Virus record (IMG/VR): IMGVR_UViG_3300012909_000002
Coordinates: 1-45,814 of that record
Strand: one strand, 5' to 3'
Source: a virus
Taxonomy: Duplodnaviria > Caudoviricetes
Length of the DNA: 45,814 nt
The translations under genes and the position numbers were made by a program. The number at the start of each line of letters is the position of its first letter. Position 1 is the first letter of the stretch. Shown here one piece after another: positions 28,601-35,990 of this stretch. Under the pieces are notes generated by a model. That model saw only the letters and a program-made list of their open reading frames with translations. It did not search any database and was not told the origin of the DNA.

Positions 28601-31600
28601 AAGGGCTTCGTAAACTTTACAACCGCGACCTACCCAACGTGGTGAACAGCCTGCCAGCGGTTCGCAAAACGAATGGTGCGGTGGGCAGGTTCAAGCTCGG
28701 GATGCCAACCGGAAAGGTCACCGTTAGAAAGGACGACGCGACTGAGACGCGTCGATTCCGCATCTATCAGGAACACGCCACAGGCCGCTACGAGGATCAC
28801 GGCACATTCAACACCAGGGAGGACGCCGACGCCGAGGTTGCGCGATTGGTAGACACGCATCGCGCCGACATGGCCGCGTTCAAGATCGGCGTGGTTAGGT
28901 TCGTAGAGCCGGCGTCGTCCTGGTCGGTGTTAGACCCGACCGGTAAGTTCCTTCAACGGTTCAACACCCTGAAGGCCGCGAGAGCGTTTGGCGAAGCGCA
29001 GCAGGCCATGCTCGATGGAGGCACCGAGGTGCCTGGTATCGCCGTCACGCCGGCGCTGGCCGAGCGTGTGCTCGGTGGTCAGACCCTCTTCCAGGGTGAC
29101 GACTCTAAGCGAGGCTCGACGCGCGGCCCGTTCGGTCGGTTCGGCGGCAACCGTAAGTTCATGATCCGGTTGTTCAAGAACGCGGACTCGTCGACGTTCA
29201 TGCACGAAAGCGCCCACCTGTTTCTCGAGATGCTGCAAGACCTGGAGCGCCGGCCCGAAGCGTCGGCTCGACTGAAGGCCGACATGGCGACGTTGCGCCT
29301 GTGGTTCTTCGGCCCCGGTGGTGAAGGCACGATTCAGGAGGCCCAGCACGAACAGTTCGCGCAGGCGTTTGAACTCTATCTGCTCGAGGGCAAGGCGCCG
29401 AGCATTGGGCTGCAGTCTGTGTTCACGAAGTTCCGCGCGTGGTTGCTGCGCTGGTATAAGAGCCTGTCCGCGCAAGTGAAGCTGACCGACGACGTGCGCC
29501 AGGTCTTCGACCGAATGCTGGCGACCGACGAAGCGATCGCGGCGGCAAAGGCCGAGCAGAAGTTCACGCCGATGTTCACCACGGCGGAAGCCGCCGGCAT
29601 GGACGCGGCCACGTTCGCGCTCTACCAGGAACAGGTCGCCAAGGCCAGCACCGCCGCGCGTGAGACGCTCGAGGCGAAGCTGCTGCGCGAGGTGCGTCGA
29701 GCACAGTCAGCGGCCTACCGGCAGCAGAAGGACGACACGCGCGACGAGGTGAAGAAAGAGATCCATCAGCGTCCTGTGTATCAGGCGCTGGCGGCGATCC
29801 GTCGCGGCACCCAACCAGACGGCACCCCGCTGGTCGAAGGCGTCGAACCGCAGGCGCTGACCCTCTCCCGTCAAATGATTGTAGAGAGGTATGGACTCGA
29901 GCGCCTGCGCCAGCTGCCGCGAGGTATCGCCAGCGATGCAGCCGGTGGCCTGGACCCTGACGTGGTAGGGCAGATGTTCGGGTTCACTGGCGGCGACCAG
30001 TTGCTGCAGACCATCGTCGACACCCCGCCGATGGCGACGGCTATCGCCGACGAGACGAACGCCCGAATGCAGCAGCAGTTCGGCGACCTGATCCTGGACG
30101 GCAAGCTGAGCGACGAGGCCAAAGCGGCAGTTGCCAACGATGGGCGAGAAGCCATCGTCAGGGCCGAAATGAGGGCGCTGGGGCAGCTTCGACGGGTCGC
30201 GGCACCCTTTGTGGCCCAGGGACGGGAGAACGTCAGGGACGAGCAGCGGGAACGCGCCTACGAGCGGCGGTGGTTTGCCGCCGAGGCCAAGCTCAAGCTG
30301 GCCGAACAGAAGGCCGAGAGCAAGGAAGCCATCGAGGCGCTGCGGCAGGAAGTCATCGCGCTGCGGAAACGTGCGCGTGGTGGCCCGACCACCGTTCGCG
30401 CCGGCATCCCCGACGACGGGTTGCTGCGGCAGACGGCCATCGACCGGATTGGTCGGACGCGCCTGCGCGACATCAAGCCTCAGACGTTTTGGGTGGCGGC
30501 ACGGCAGGCCAGCCAGAAGGCGGTCGAGCTCGCCGCGAAGCAAGACTTCGACGGGGCCATCCTGGCAAAGCAGCAGGAACTGATCAGCCTGGCACTGTTC
30601 CGCGAAGCCACGACGGCGCTGGCCGCTGCGGACGCGCGTGTGCGACAGGCCCAGCAGATGGCGACACCGGCTGCACGGTCGCGCCTGGGCAAGGCCGGTG
30701 AGTCCTACCAGGATCAGGTCGACGGCATCCTGGACCGCTACGAGTTTGCACGGGTGTCGCAGAAGGTGCTCGACCGCCGCGCGTCCCTCCGCGCGTGGGT
30801 GGCGGCAATTGAAGCCGACGGCCTGACGGTCGAACTGCCGGAGGGAATGCTCGACGACGCGCGTCGGACGCACTACCGCGAGTTGAGCTACGACGACTTC
30901 ATCGCGGTGACCGACACGCTGAAACAGATCCAGCACCTGGCCGCGCTGAAGAACCGGTTACTGAAGGCAAAGAAGGCGCGTGATCTCCAGGCGGCTGCGT
31001 CCGCGCTGGTGGCGTCGATCACCGCACACGCGCAGCCACGGGCGAAGCAGACGATCGAGACGCACCTTCCCAAAGAGGAACGGCTCCGGCGCATTCACGC
31101 CATCTTCGCGGCCCACCGCAAGATGTCGTCGCTGGCGCGAGAGATGGACGGACACGCCGACGGCGGCGCCATGTTCGACGCCATCATCGTGCCGCTGAAC
31201 GATGCCGCCAACACCGAGGCCGAGATGAATGCCGCGGTCACGCAGAAGCTGGGCGCGTTGGTGAACACCGCGTTCCCCGGCATCGAGAAGGCGCGGCTCT
31301 ACCACGCGACGTTCCACAAGGAGATCGGCCAGCAGTTGACCCGGATGGGCCGGCTGATGATCGCGCTGAACTGGGGCAACGAGAGCAACCGCCAGCGCGT
31401 GATGGCGGGCTACGGGTGGAACGAGTCCCAGGTGCAGGCGCTGCTCGACACGCTGTCGGCCACCGACCTGGAGTTCGTGCAGGGCGTGTGGGATCTGATC
31501 AACACCTACTGGCCTGCCATTGAGGAGAAGCAGTTCCGGGTCACGGGCGTCAAGCCGGTGAAGGTGGACGCGGTGGGCTTCACCGCGAAGAACGGCCAGG

Positions 31601-33063
31601 TCACGGGCGGCTATTTCCCGCTGAAGTATGACGGGCGCCAGTCGCCTGCCGCGCAGAAGTTTATCGACGTCGAGAAGGCTCGGCTCGAGTTGGCCGGCGA
31701 ATACGTCAGCAGCACGACCCGTCGCGGCCACACCGAAGGTCGCGTCGAGAAGACCGGCCCCGAGTTCAAGGTGCGCCTGGACTTCGGCGTCATCTTCGAA
31801 CACATCGCCCAGGTGATCCATGACCTGTCGCACCACGAAACGCTGATCGACGTGAACCGTCTGCTCGGTCACCCCGACGTGCAGAAGGCCATCTTCGACC
31901 ACTACGGCGACATCGTCTACCGGCAGTTCAAGGAGGGTGTGACGGCGGTGGCGGTCGGCCAGCCTGCGGTGGCGGAACACGAAAAGATGTTCAACCACAT
32001 GCGCGTCGGCACGACGGTGGCGCTGCTGGCCTGGAACCTGACGACGGTGGTGATGCAGCCGCTGGGCCTGACGCAGTCGATGTCGCGCGTCGGCATCAAG
32101 TGGGTCGGCCTTGGGTTGGGCCGGTGGATCACCGACGCCGCGCGACTCGAGAACACCGTCGCGTGGATCAACGACCGCAGTTCCTTTATGAAGCTGCGCG
32201 GCCAGACACAGCAGCGCGAGATCAACGAGATCAGAAACCAGATCGGCGTCGAGACGGGCAAGCTGACCGGATGGGTGGAAGAGGCACTGCGGACGACGAC
32301 GTTCGACCTGGTCACGAAGCAGGGCATCGCCGACAGCTACTTCTACTTGATTCAGCAGACGCAGCGCATCGCGGACGTGCCGACCTGGATTGGGCAATAC
32401 GAGAAGTCGATGGCCGCTGGGGAAACCGAGGAACGCGCCATCGAGCAGGCCGACCAGGCGGTGCGTGACGCGCAGGGCAGCGGACAGATCCACGACCTCG
32501 CGGCGGTGCAGCGCGGGACGCCGGCGTTCAAGTTGTGGACGAACTTCTATTCGTTCTTCAGCACCACCTACAACCAGAGCGCCGAAGCCATCAGCCGCAC
32601 ACGCGGCAAGCTGGGCAAGCCGGGACACGTCGGTCGGTTGGCCGTCGACTACCTGCTGCTCTACACCGTGCCAGCCAGCGTGGGCTTCGTGCTGCGCGAG
32701 TTTATTCGTGGAGGCAAGGACGACGACGACGAGAGCTTCCTGCTTGAGCTCGCCAAGCAGAACCTGTCCTACATGACGGGAACGATGATCGGGCTGCGCG
32801 AGTTGTCGGGCGCCATCCAGGGCTACTACGGTTACGAGGGGCCAGCCGGTGCGCGTGGCTGGGCTACGGCATCGAAGTTGCTCAAGCAGGTTGGGCAAGG
32901 GGAATTGGATGCTTCTTTCTGGAAATCGCTGAACGATGCCGCTGGCATCTACTTCCACTATCCATCAGGTCAGGTTAGACGCACGATCGAGGGCATCGCC
33001 GCTCTGGTCGAAGGACGCACCAAGAACCCCGGCGTGTTGGTCACAGGGCCACCACCCGAATAG
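22633..33063 (+). CDS. Giant polyvalent internal virion/ejection protein (~3476 aa): ART-like, HhH-glycosylase-like and zincin (HExxH) domains
   Basis: GTGA overlap with the upstream stop and AGGTG RBS; WFHG..LFLT..A.WF..NP..GFDS (ART-like); LSPQ..KVRSF..VTMDTHA; TFMHESAH..EQFA..FE.YL.EGKAP. Confidence 0.88.
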   Translation: MTPFDEALDDVIDEQQAPVAQVAPDVDPAFSAALDTTVKQSTSDSTAKLRESTKQAEQMAPDRAANVYRMSKQLGISPESVNRNYDRYAKSLARDEKPLAEIQASSPHLAEWLQEPAHAAVSQDDLENLGTLEWLLTGPQRAMTKGIFQIEVSRLRTKSMFGELTQREQDQLTAAKNLMTEHERDGSGDSWFRRAVAGTAGQIPNLIATIPAGLQRSAYTIPGAVGVGLGAAAVMGTAPLSIPALMGAGLTAGMMSTGAEFGFQLEAGLAYDEFLAFKDEFGQPIAPEAAKAGAVVAGALNAGLEMVGLGFLARQFPGIEKLTGMAGRNAVRAALRVPTVRSALVEAGKMFGQTLAAETSVEVAQRAFTIMGGELSKIASGQDIAPITGGQFFGDLAEEGVGALEAFALMSLPGPVMGANIDVRRAKLASQNSEFFSALGGAVKASKTGERMPEALQTLIEKATKDGPIETVYAPVESWKAYWQSKGIDPEEMATEVTGNPDALKQAEITGEHLAMPMATYATKLAGTEHNAALSQELKLGDPNAMNAREQKQFIADQKAEAAAAADAADPNKPVLDAVRTEVEQQLQTAITASGLKLPADFASTNAEVWQEMLTTMAANEGIDPVEFLREHLSGIAGPLETDESALAEGDTMSQSAPTELQGEKWEKAKALYAEWGGLEERHGVRMATALKKAGIKLPSRSGAERAAAHKLVEQALNLAHAPAGPTEGPFAQQARRQAVEEKLDANDARAQALALDMTPTWTPESGTVPQQNIPAPRPGEVWFHGGPVGSLDNAVARPLFLTRDKGGAEWFVTNRGDRENVLQSTPVHVENPARMRDLMAAVADVGATEADISENSSYDGTNDIDYVYVPAVREALLARGFDSLLASDVLENGSIEILVPLTGDYAAPKGESEFFQTKQEEEDEAAGITRSNLNVAPAQTVNGRLRLSTRVPSGPDAPTQTEVLRTAMDVALMAPAAKGKESFLVRSARLIRSTITRLPKLGGDTVPLFPQLTDDERANLSDEELVERLVQVMTDNLRWLWDAAAPFADRAKLWYVGAHRISLNMADEFGISPAQAAGVLATLSPQMDWFKNVDLAYRVLRIYQRTSRENTKFTTALFNSYATRQAGGAGSSTRGDKAHVTKQIAQERKDYEGKTWSEMDNLGKAMLLRTLDEEEGFKQYRIITPEGNFGDYVRNQPSKKQLAAGLPGDYGDVGWGTFKFIGNAISILEDGSVQNIHLRVGGEHKVRSFFNNISDPDYAGAVTMDTHANAAALLKPVSGKYLEVEVMMGKGPGSNNVGLQGLNAYFAEAYNRLAEELGVLPREVQSVTWEAVRGLFQDSQKGVPLTRAVDQLWAERSAGKLTVDDFHARLLAAAGGIRPPDWVNTSNATTGDEGVVSPGDARGDAAGVDRRGDSGSGAAGRPGRLALGPDRLHRGVWIQRQDGAKAASPEAVAAEEEEFYQSAAEPSPIFYSRLLAAVTATPMKSATGQKWKGVIHKWAKAAPTPTLGKSWLEGINQAELAITKVDDLEDGKSYTKDEVLQYLSVRTVTVSQVILGDPVSRSLAEADAEKAIMADAQKHYDELAQEIFDSFPPADFEPVVSTFEEDGKLWYQAQVGDQPIEDEVYDTLEEATEAARTEAERRNAAYDSERMVDARNMVDWGDVVEQARENYADINGRDIVVNETQFDTYVTAGAIPGSYREAFVTADEAFTEPVDPEALREVKARYDRDIAIATDTRQVYDKSNLRVAMKARGDGFADTDMEVLKAERKVAGDTWEAAAETARESLAEWQKLEDKSKAPTWFDGHDQYSEIERPIVRVRFNARHGYEVGGDSQPQRVMFLEEVQPPSATEQKDMPALFVKNWREIAFKWALRYAAENGFAAVAWTTGEQQSERYKLSSQVRSINWYPRGHVYGEAPSTATKDVVIHVTRGNASYTAAVNKDGVIEWSPGRNAAWVGEHLSAIIGKDIADQVMAGDKGELTGVGLDVGGEGLRKLYNRDLPNVVNSLPAVRKTNGAVGRFKLGMPTGKVTVRKDDATETRRFRIYQEHATGRYEDHGTFNTREDADAEVARLVDTHRADMAAFKIGVVRFVEPASSWSVLDPTGKFLQRFNTLKAARAFGEAQQAMLDGGTEVPGIAVTPALAERVLGGQTLFQGDDSKRGSTRGPFGRFGGNRKFMIRLFKNADSSTFMHESAHLFLEMLQDLERRPEASARLKADMATLRLWFFGPGGEGTIQEAQHEQFAQAFELYLLEGKAPSIGLQSVFTKFRAWLLRWYKSLSAQVKLTDDVRQVFDRMLATDEAIAAAKAEQKFTPMFTTAEAAGMDAATFALYQEQVAKASTAARETLEAKLLREVRRAQSAAYRQQKDDTRDEVKKEIHQRPVYQALAAIRRGTQPDGTPLVEGVEPQALTLSRQMIVERYGLERLRQLPRGIASDAAGGLDPDVVGQMFGFTGGDQLLQTIVDTPPMATAIADETNARMQQQFGDLILDGKLSDEAKAAVANDGREAIVRAEMRALGQLRRVAAPFVAQGRENVRDEQRERAYERRWFAAEAKLKLAEQKAESKEAIEALRQEVIALRKRARGGPTTVRAGIPDDGLLRQTAIDRIGRTRLRDIKPQTFWVAARQASQKAVELAAKQDFDGAILAKQQELISLALFREATTALAAADARVRQAQQMATPAARSRLGKAGESYQDQVDGILDRYEFARVSQKVLDRRASLRAWVAAIEADGLTVELPEGMLDDARRTHYRELSYDDFIAVTDTLKQIQHLAALKNRLLKAKKARDLQAAASALVASITAHAQPRAKQTIETHLPKEERLRRIHAIFAAHRKMSSLAREMDGHADGGAMFDAIIVPLNDAANTEAEMNAAVTQKLGALVNTAFPGIEKARLYHATFHKEIGQQLTRMGRLMIALNWGNESNRQRVMAGYGWNESQVQALLDTLSATDLEFVQGVWDLINTYWPAIEEKQFRVTGVKPVKVDAVGFTAKNGQVTGGYFPLKYDGRQSPAAQKFIDVEKARLELAGEYVSSTTRRGHTEGRVEKTGPEFKVRLDFGVIFEHIAQVIHDLSHHETLIDVNRLLGHPDVQKAIFDHYGDIVYRQFKEGVTAVAVGQPAVAEHEKMFNHMRVGTTVALLAWNLTTVVMQPLGLTQSMSRVGIKWVGLGLGRWITDAARLENTVAWINDRSSFMKLRGQTQQREINEIRNQIGVETGKLTGWVEEALRTTTFDLVTKQGIADSYFYLIQQTQRIADVPTWIGQYEKSMAAGETEERAIEQADQAVRDAQGSGQIHDLAAVQRGTPAFKLWTNFYSFFSTTYNQSAEAISRTRGKLGKPGHVGRLAVDYLLLYTVPASVGFVLREFIRGGKDDDDESFLLELAKQNLSYMTGTMIGLRELSGAIQGYYGYEGPAGARGWATASKLLKQVGQGELDASFWKSLNDAAGIYFHYPSGQVRRTIEGIAALVEGRTKNPGVLVTGPPPE
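26726..26992 (+). CDS. Small gene nested out of frame in the giant protein (putative inhibitor/partner of the upstream domain)
   Basis: From ~26804 its third codon positions are nearly all G/C, while the host frame becomes G/D/R-rich filler with A/T-ending codons. Confidence 0.6.
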   Translation: MTSTQGYWQRRAVSDPLIGLILRMRQPVTKESYLRAMHGGTLPESIDAEIQGAVPQDVPGDWPLGLTGSTEASGSSAKTAPKQPRPKP

Positions 33064-33072
33064 GAAACGCAG

Positions 33073-33393
33073 ATGCCACCACTGGATATTTCCATGGACG
33101 AATTTGATCGACTTCGTTCGCGCGTTCACGCCAACAGCGATGACATCAATAACCTGAAGATCGCGGTGGCCGCAGTGACTACCAAAGCGGAGGTGCTCGA
33201 GAAGGCGGTCGAGGCTATCCGAGAGAACACCGCCAGCAGCACCGAGCTTGCTGCCGCGGTGACGTTGCTGACGTTGAAACTCGAGCACGTCCACGAAGAC
33301 CTGGCCGTGATCAAGAAGGCCATCTACTGGTCGGTCGGGTTGATCCTCTGCGCGGTCGGCGGTGCCATCCTGGCCGGAGTGCTGCGTTCGTGA
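33073..33393 (+). CDS. Coiled-coil membrane protein with C-terminal TM helix (holin/XhlA-like candidate)
   Basis: Heptad repeats followed by AIYWSVGLILCAVGGAILAGVL; directly upstream of the endolysin. Confidence 0.65.
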   Translation: MPPLDISMDEFDRLRSRVHANSDDINNLKIAVAAVTTKAEVLEKAVEAIRENTASSTELAAAVTLLTLKLEHVHEDLAVIKKAIYWSVGLILCAVGGAILAGVLRS

Positions 33394-33884
33394 AGATGTT
33401 CGACCACGCGGTGCGGTTCGTAATCCCTGCGGCCTACAGCCTGCTGCCGCCGAAGATGAACTCGCCAGAGGCGACGGCGATGCTGCTGGCGATTGGTCTG
33501 CAGGAGTCGGAGTTCGTCGCGCGGAAGCAGCGAGGTGGTGGGCCGGCGCGTGGGTTCTGGCAGTTCGAACGCGGTGGTGGGGTGAAGGGCGTGTGCCAGC
33601 ACCGCGACACGCGCGACCTGTTGGCCGAGGCGCTGACGGTGATGCGCTACGGCCACATCATCGGGAACCTGCCGGAGTTGCACTACGCCATTGAAGACAA
33701 CGACGTGGTCGCCTGCGTCTTCGCGCGGTTGCTGCTGTTCACGTTGCCCTGGCCGTTACCAACGCGGGGTGAACACGACAAGGCGTGGCTGCAATACACC
33801 GAGGCGTGGCGTCCAGGCAAACCGCACCGCGACACCTGGGACGGGAACTTCGACACCGGTTGGGCGAGGACGATCATCGACTAA
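33390..33884 (+). CDS. Putative endolysin (lysozyme-like fold)
   Basis: MLLAIGLQES.F..R.Q..GGPARGFWQFE.GGGV.GV and FARLLL..Y..WRPGKP. Confidence 0.75.
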   Translation: MKMFDHAVRFVIPAAYSLLPPKMNSPEATAMLLAIGLQESEFVARKQRGGGPARGFWQFERGGGVKGVCQHRDTRDLLAEALTVMRYGHIIGNLPELHYAIEDNDVVACVFARLLLFTLPWPLPTRGEHDKAWLQYTEAWRPGKPHRDTWDGNFDTGWARTIID

Positions 33885-33903
33885 ACTTCAGCAGGAGAAA
33901 ACC

Positions 33904-34527
33904 ATGGAGCAAGCGACACTCGACCGTCACGCATACATCCTGAAAGCCAACCCCGGCGAGTCATCCTCGCAGATGTGGGCACGGGCTGCGGAGTTCACCC
34001 AGCGTTGCTGCTACGACGAGCGCGGCAACTACGTCCTGATCAAGAAGAGCGGCGGCACCTACTGTGCCGGCCCCGGTGGCGTCGGCATGGACTGCGACAA
34101 GGTGATCGACCGTCGCGACATGAAGATTTACGACCTGGTTCGCAGCGCCGGTTCGACTGCCGCGGTTGCCATCTTTGAGTTCACCGGTCACGTTGCGACG
34201 TCGACCGCCGACTTCCTCGAGCCGGTGCCATACGCTGGCGCAGGCCAACCGAACCCACCGCAGCCGCCGTCGGGCATCATCGAGCAGGGCGAGTTCTACC
34301 GCCGCTTCGGCGAGATGAATGCGTTCTACGCTTCACAGGCCGGTCTGCAGCGTCCTGGTGGAATGGTCATCGACCGGGACGGTGTGCCGACGTGCGATGA
34401 AGAAGCGATGGGCCAGTGGGGCTACCAACTGATGCTCGGCGTCAGCGTCGAGTCGTGCAAGTCGCAGATCAGAAAGATCCCCGGCGGCGAGTGGCAGCAG
34501 AAGCACCCCGGCGTCCCGCCGTTCTAA
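33904..34527 (+). CDS. Hypothetical two-domain protein in the lysis region
   Basis: AGGAG RBS; Pro-rich linker PNPPQPPS separates two domains. Confidence 0.75.
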   Translation: MEQATLDRHAYILKANPGESSSQMWARAAEFTQRCCYDERGNYVLIKKSGGTYCAGPGGVGMDCDKVIDRRDMKIYDLVRSAGSTAAVAIFEFTGHVATSTADFLEPVPYAGAGQPNPPQPPSGIIEQGEFYRRFGEMNAFYASQAGLQRPGGMVIDRDGVPTCDEEAMGQWGYQLMLGVSVESCKSQIRKIPGGEWQQKHPGVPPF

Positions 34528-34724
34528 TGCGAATAGGTGACGTGAATATGAGCGCCATCGCGGCGGCGGTCTTGGCCGTCGTCGCGTGGTTCTCTAAGGG
34601 CAAACAGAGATTCAAGGGAGACACGCATGAACCCGTTGCTGGTGAAGTTCATTCTGGGAACGCTGCGCCGAGTGTTGCAGTCGAGCGGCCTGCTGCTGAC
34701 GGTGTCGGACACCGACCTGACTGA
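34527..34724 (+). CDS. Possible small membrane peptide
   Basis: TAATG coupling; MSAIAAAVLAVVAWF; overlaps the next gene by ~98 nt. Confidence 0.35.
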   Translation: MRIGDVNMSAIAAAVLAVVAWFSKGKQRFKGDTHEPVAGEVHSGNAAPSVAVERPAADGVGHRPD

Positions 34725-34920
34725 GTTCATCGTCGCGGCGGCTACCGCTGTCGGGTTCTTGTGGGGCTGGTGGAACGACTTCAAGGAACAGCGGAAGCTG
34801 ACCACCGCGCTGGCGACTCCAGGTATCACGACGCAGGCGCATGTCGAGAACCTGATCAAGGAAGGCCGGAGCGCGTCGGCGCTGACGCCGAAGGACGAAT
34901 ACCCTGAGAGGCGGATGTGA
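34627..34920 (+). CDS. Small membrane protein, holin candidate
   Basis: GGGAG RBS; two hydrophobic segments and a charged tail. Confidence 0.65.
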   Translation: MNPLLVKFILGTLRRVLQSSGLLLTVSDTDLTEFIVAAATAVGFLWGWWNDFKEQRKLTTALATPGITTQAHVENLIKEGRSASALTPKDEYPERRM

Positions 34921-35189
34921 GCGACACCCCGCTGACGGACGCGGCGAACCGCCACGCCAAGGAACTCGCGACGGTGAAGGCTGAGAAGCCATCGGCCTTC
35001 ACCGTGGGCCTGCACACCGACGGCCAGGGCGTGGTCGCCACGGCCACCTACGACCGCACCTGGAAGAACGGGTGGGGCGCCACCGCCTACGCCAAGGCGT
35101 GGTGGAACGACGCCAGCGTGACGCCTGTGCGCTCGAGCGGTGTGGCCGCTGGCGCCGAGGGCCGCTACGAATTTGGCGACAACGAGTGA
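34917..35189 (+). CDS. Hypothetical protein with amphipathic beta strands
   Basis: GTGA coupling; alternating hydrophobic pattern and aromatic residues, GAEGRYEF near the end. Confidence 0.6.
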   Translation: MSDTPLTDAANRHAKELATVKAEKPSAFTVGLHTDGQGVVATATYDRTWKNGWGATAYAKAWWNDASVTPVRSSGVAAGAEGRYEFGDNE

Positions 35190-35222
35190 ATGTTGACAAC
35201 AAGTCCAAGGTAGGACTACCCT
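35190..35222 (+). promoter_or_regulatory. Sigma70-type promoter overlapping operator copy 2; probably leaderless KTSC transcript
   Basis: TTGACA 35193-35198, 18 bp, TACCCT 35217-35222, GTG at 35229; operator ATGTTG-A-CAACAA 35190-35202. Confidence 0.6.
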
Positions 35223-35228
35223 GACCAG

Positions 35229-35570
35229 GTGATCAGGTCTGCCGCGCGAGACATCGACCGCTACGCCGTCGACTCTTCGAACCTGAAGAGCGTGGGCTAC
35301 GACGAGAGCCGACAGACGTTGGCGGTCGAGTTCGCCAGTGGCAACGTCTACCACTACGCCGGCGTTCCCACCGAAGTCTTCGAAGAGTTGAGCCTGTCGA
35401 AGTCGCTGGGTCAGTTCTACGCCAAGAACATCAAGGGCAAGTTCGCCTCGACGGTGATGACCGGCATCTGCCCGACGTGCCTGAAGCTGGGCTACATCGG
35501 TGAATCGTGCGAGACGCCGGAGTGCAGCGGCACGGTGCTTGAGGTCGACCGCCAGCACAAACAGCGTTGA
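35229..35570 (+). CDS. KTSC-domain protein with C-terminal zinc ribbon
   Basis: VDSSNLKSVGYD....LAVEF.SG.VYHY.GVP....S.SLGQFY..NIKG is the KTSC signature; CPTC..C...EC. Confidence 0.9.
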   Translation: MIRSAARDIDRYAVDSSNLKSVGYDESRQTLAVEFASGNVYHYAGVPTEVFEELSLSKSLGQFYAKNIKGKFASTVMTGICPTCLKLGYIGESCETPECSGTVLEVDRQHKQR

Positions 35571-35722
35571 TGCACATAAGGCCGCGCCGTGCGCGTGGCA
35601 AGGGATCCTGGGCCAGCCTGTTGGTCGCTCGGCAGGTTGGTCACAGCGTCATCAGTTAAGCGCCCCCGCTGGTGTGTTTCGAGCGGGATAAAGTGGGGCG
35701 CCAAACCAACCAGTGAATGGAG

Positions 35723-35739
35723 TATTGTTGACAACAATA
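35723..35739. promoter_or_regulatory. Palindromic operator, copy 3 (TATTGTTG-A-CAACAATA)
   Basis: Perfect 8+1+8 inverted repeat ending on the A of ATG 35739. Confidence 0.75.
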
Positions 35740-35978
35740 TGGCTACGAAACCTACGGCAAAGATGGGGCGCCCGGTGATCTTCCGCGACAAGGAAGGCGG
35801 CGAACGTGTTCAGGGTAATCTGACGAAGAAAGGCGCGGAGTATTTCAGGGGCGCTCGGCTTCAGCTTGCCAACATGGCCGGCGTCGAATACAGCAAGGTG
35901 ACCCACGCCGACGTGATCGAGTTTCTGGCAAGAGGCGTGAAGAACACTCGGCTCTACCTTGACGGCAAAGCGAAATAG
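35739..35978 (+). CDS. Small basic putative DNA-binding regulator
   Basis: 79 aa, basic, KMGRP motif, strand plus helices; operator abuts its start codon. Confidence 0.6.
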   Translation: MATKPTAKMGRPVIFRDKEGGERVQGNLTKKGAEYFRGARLQLANMAGVEYSKVTHADVIEFLARGVKNTRLYLDGKAK

Positions 35979-35990
35979 GAGAACCTGAAG

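Noticed and set aside
30958-32958. 666-aa minus-strand ORF, and other long antisense ORFs such as 9224-10216, 27217-28509 and 29707-30936
   Set aside because: These are antisense shadows of high-GC3 genes, with no motifs or RBS and V/L/D/H-rich mirror composition.
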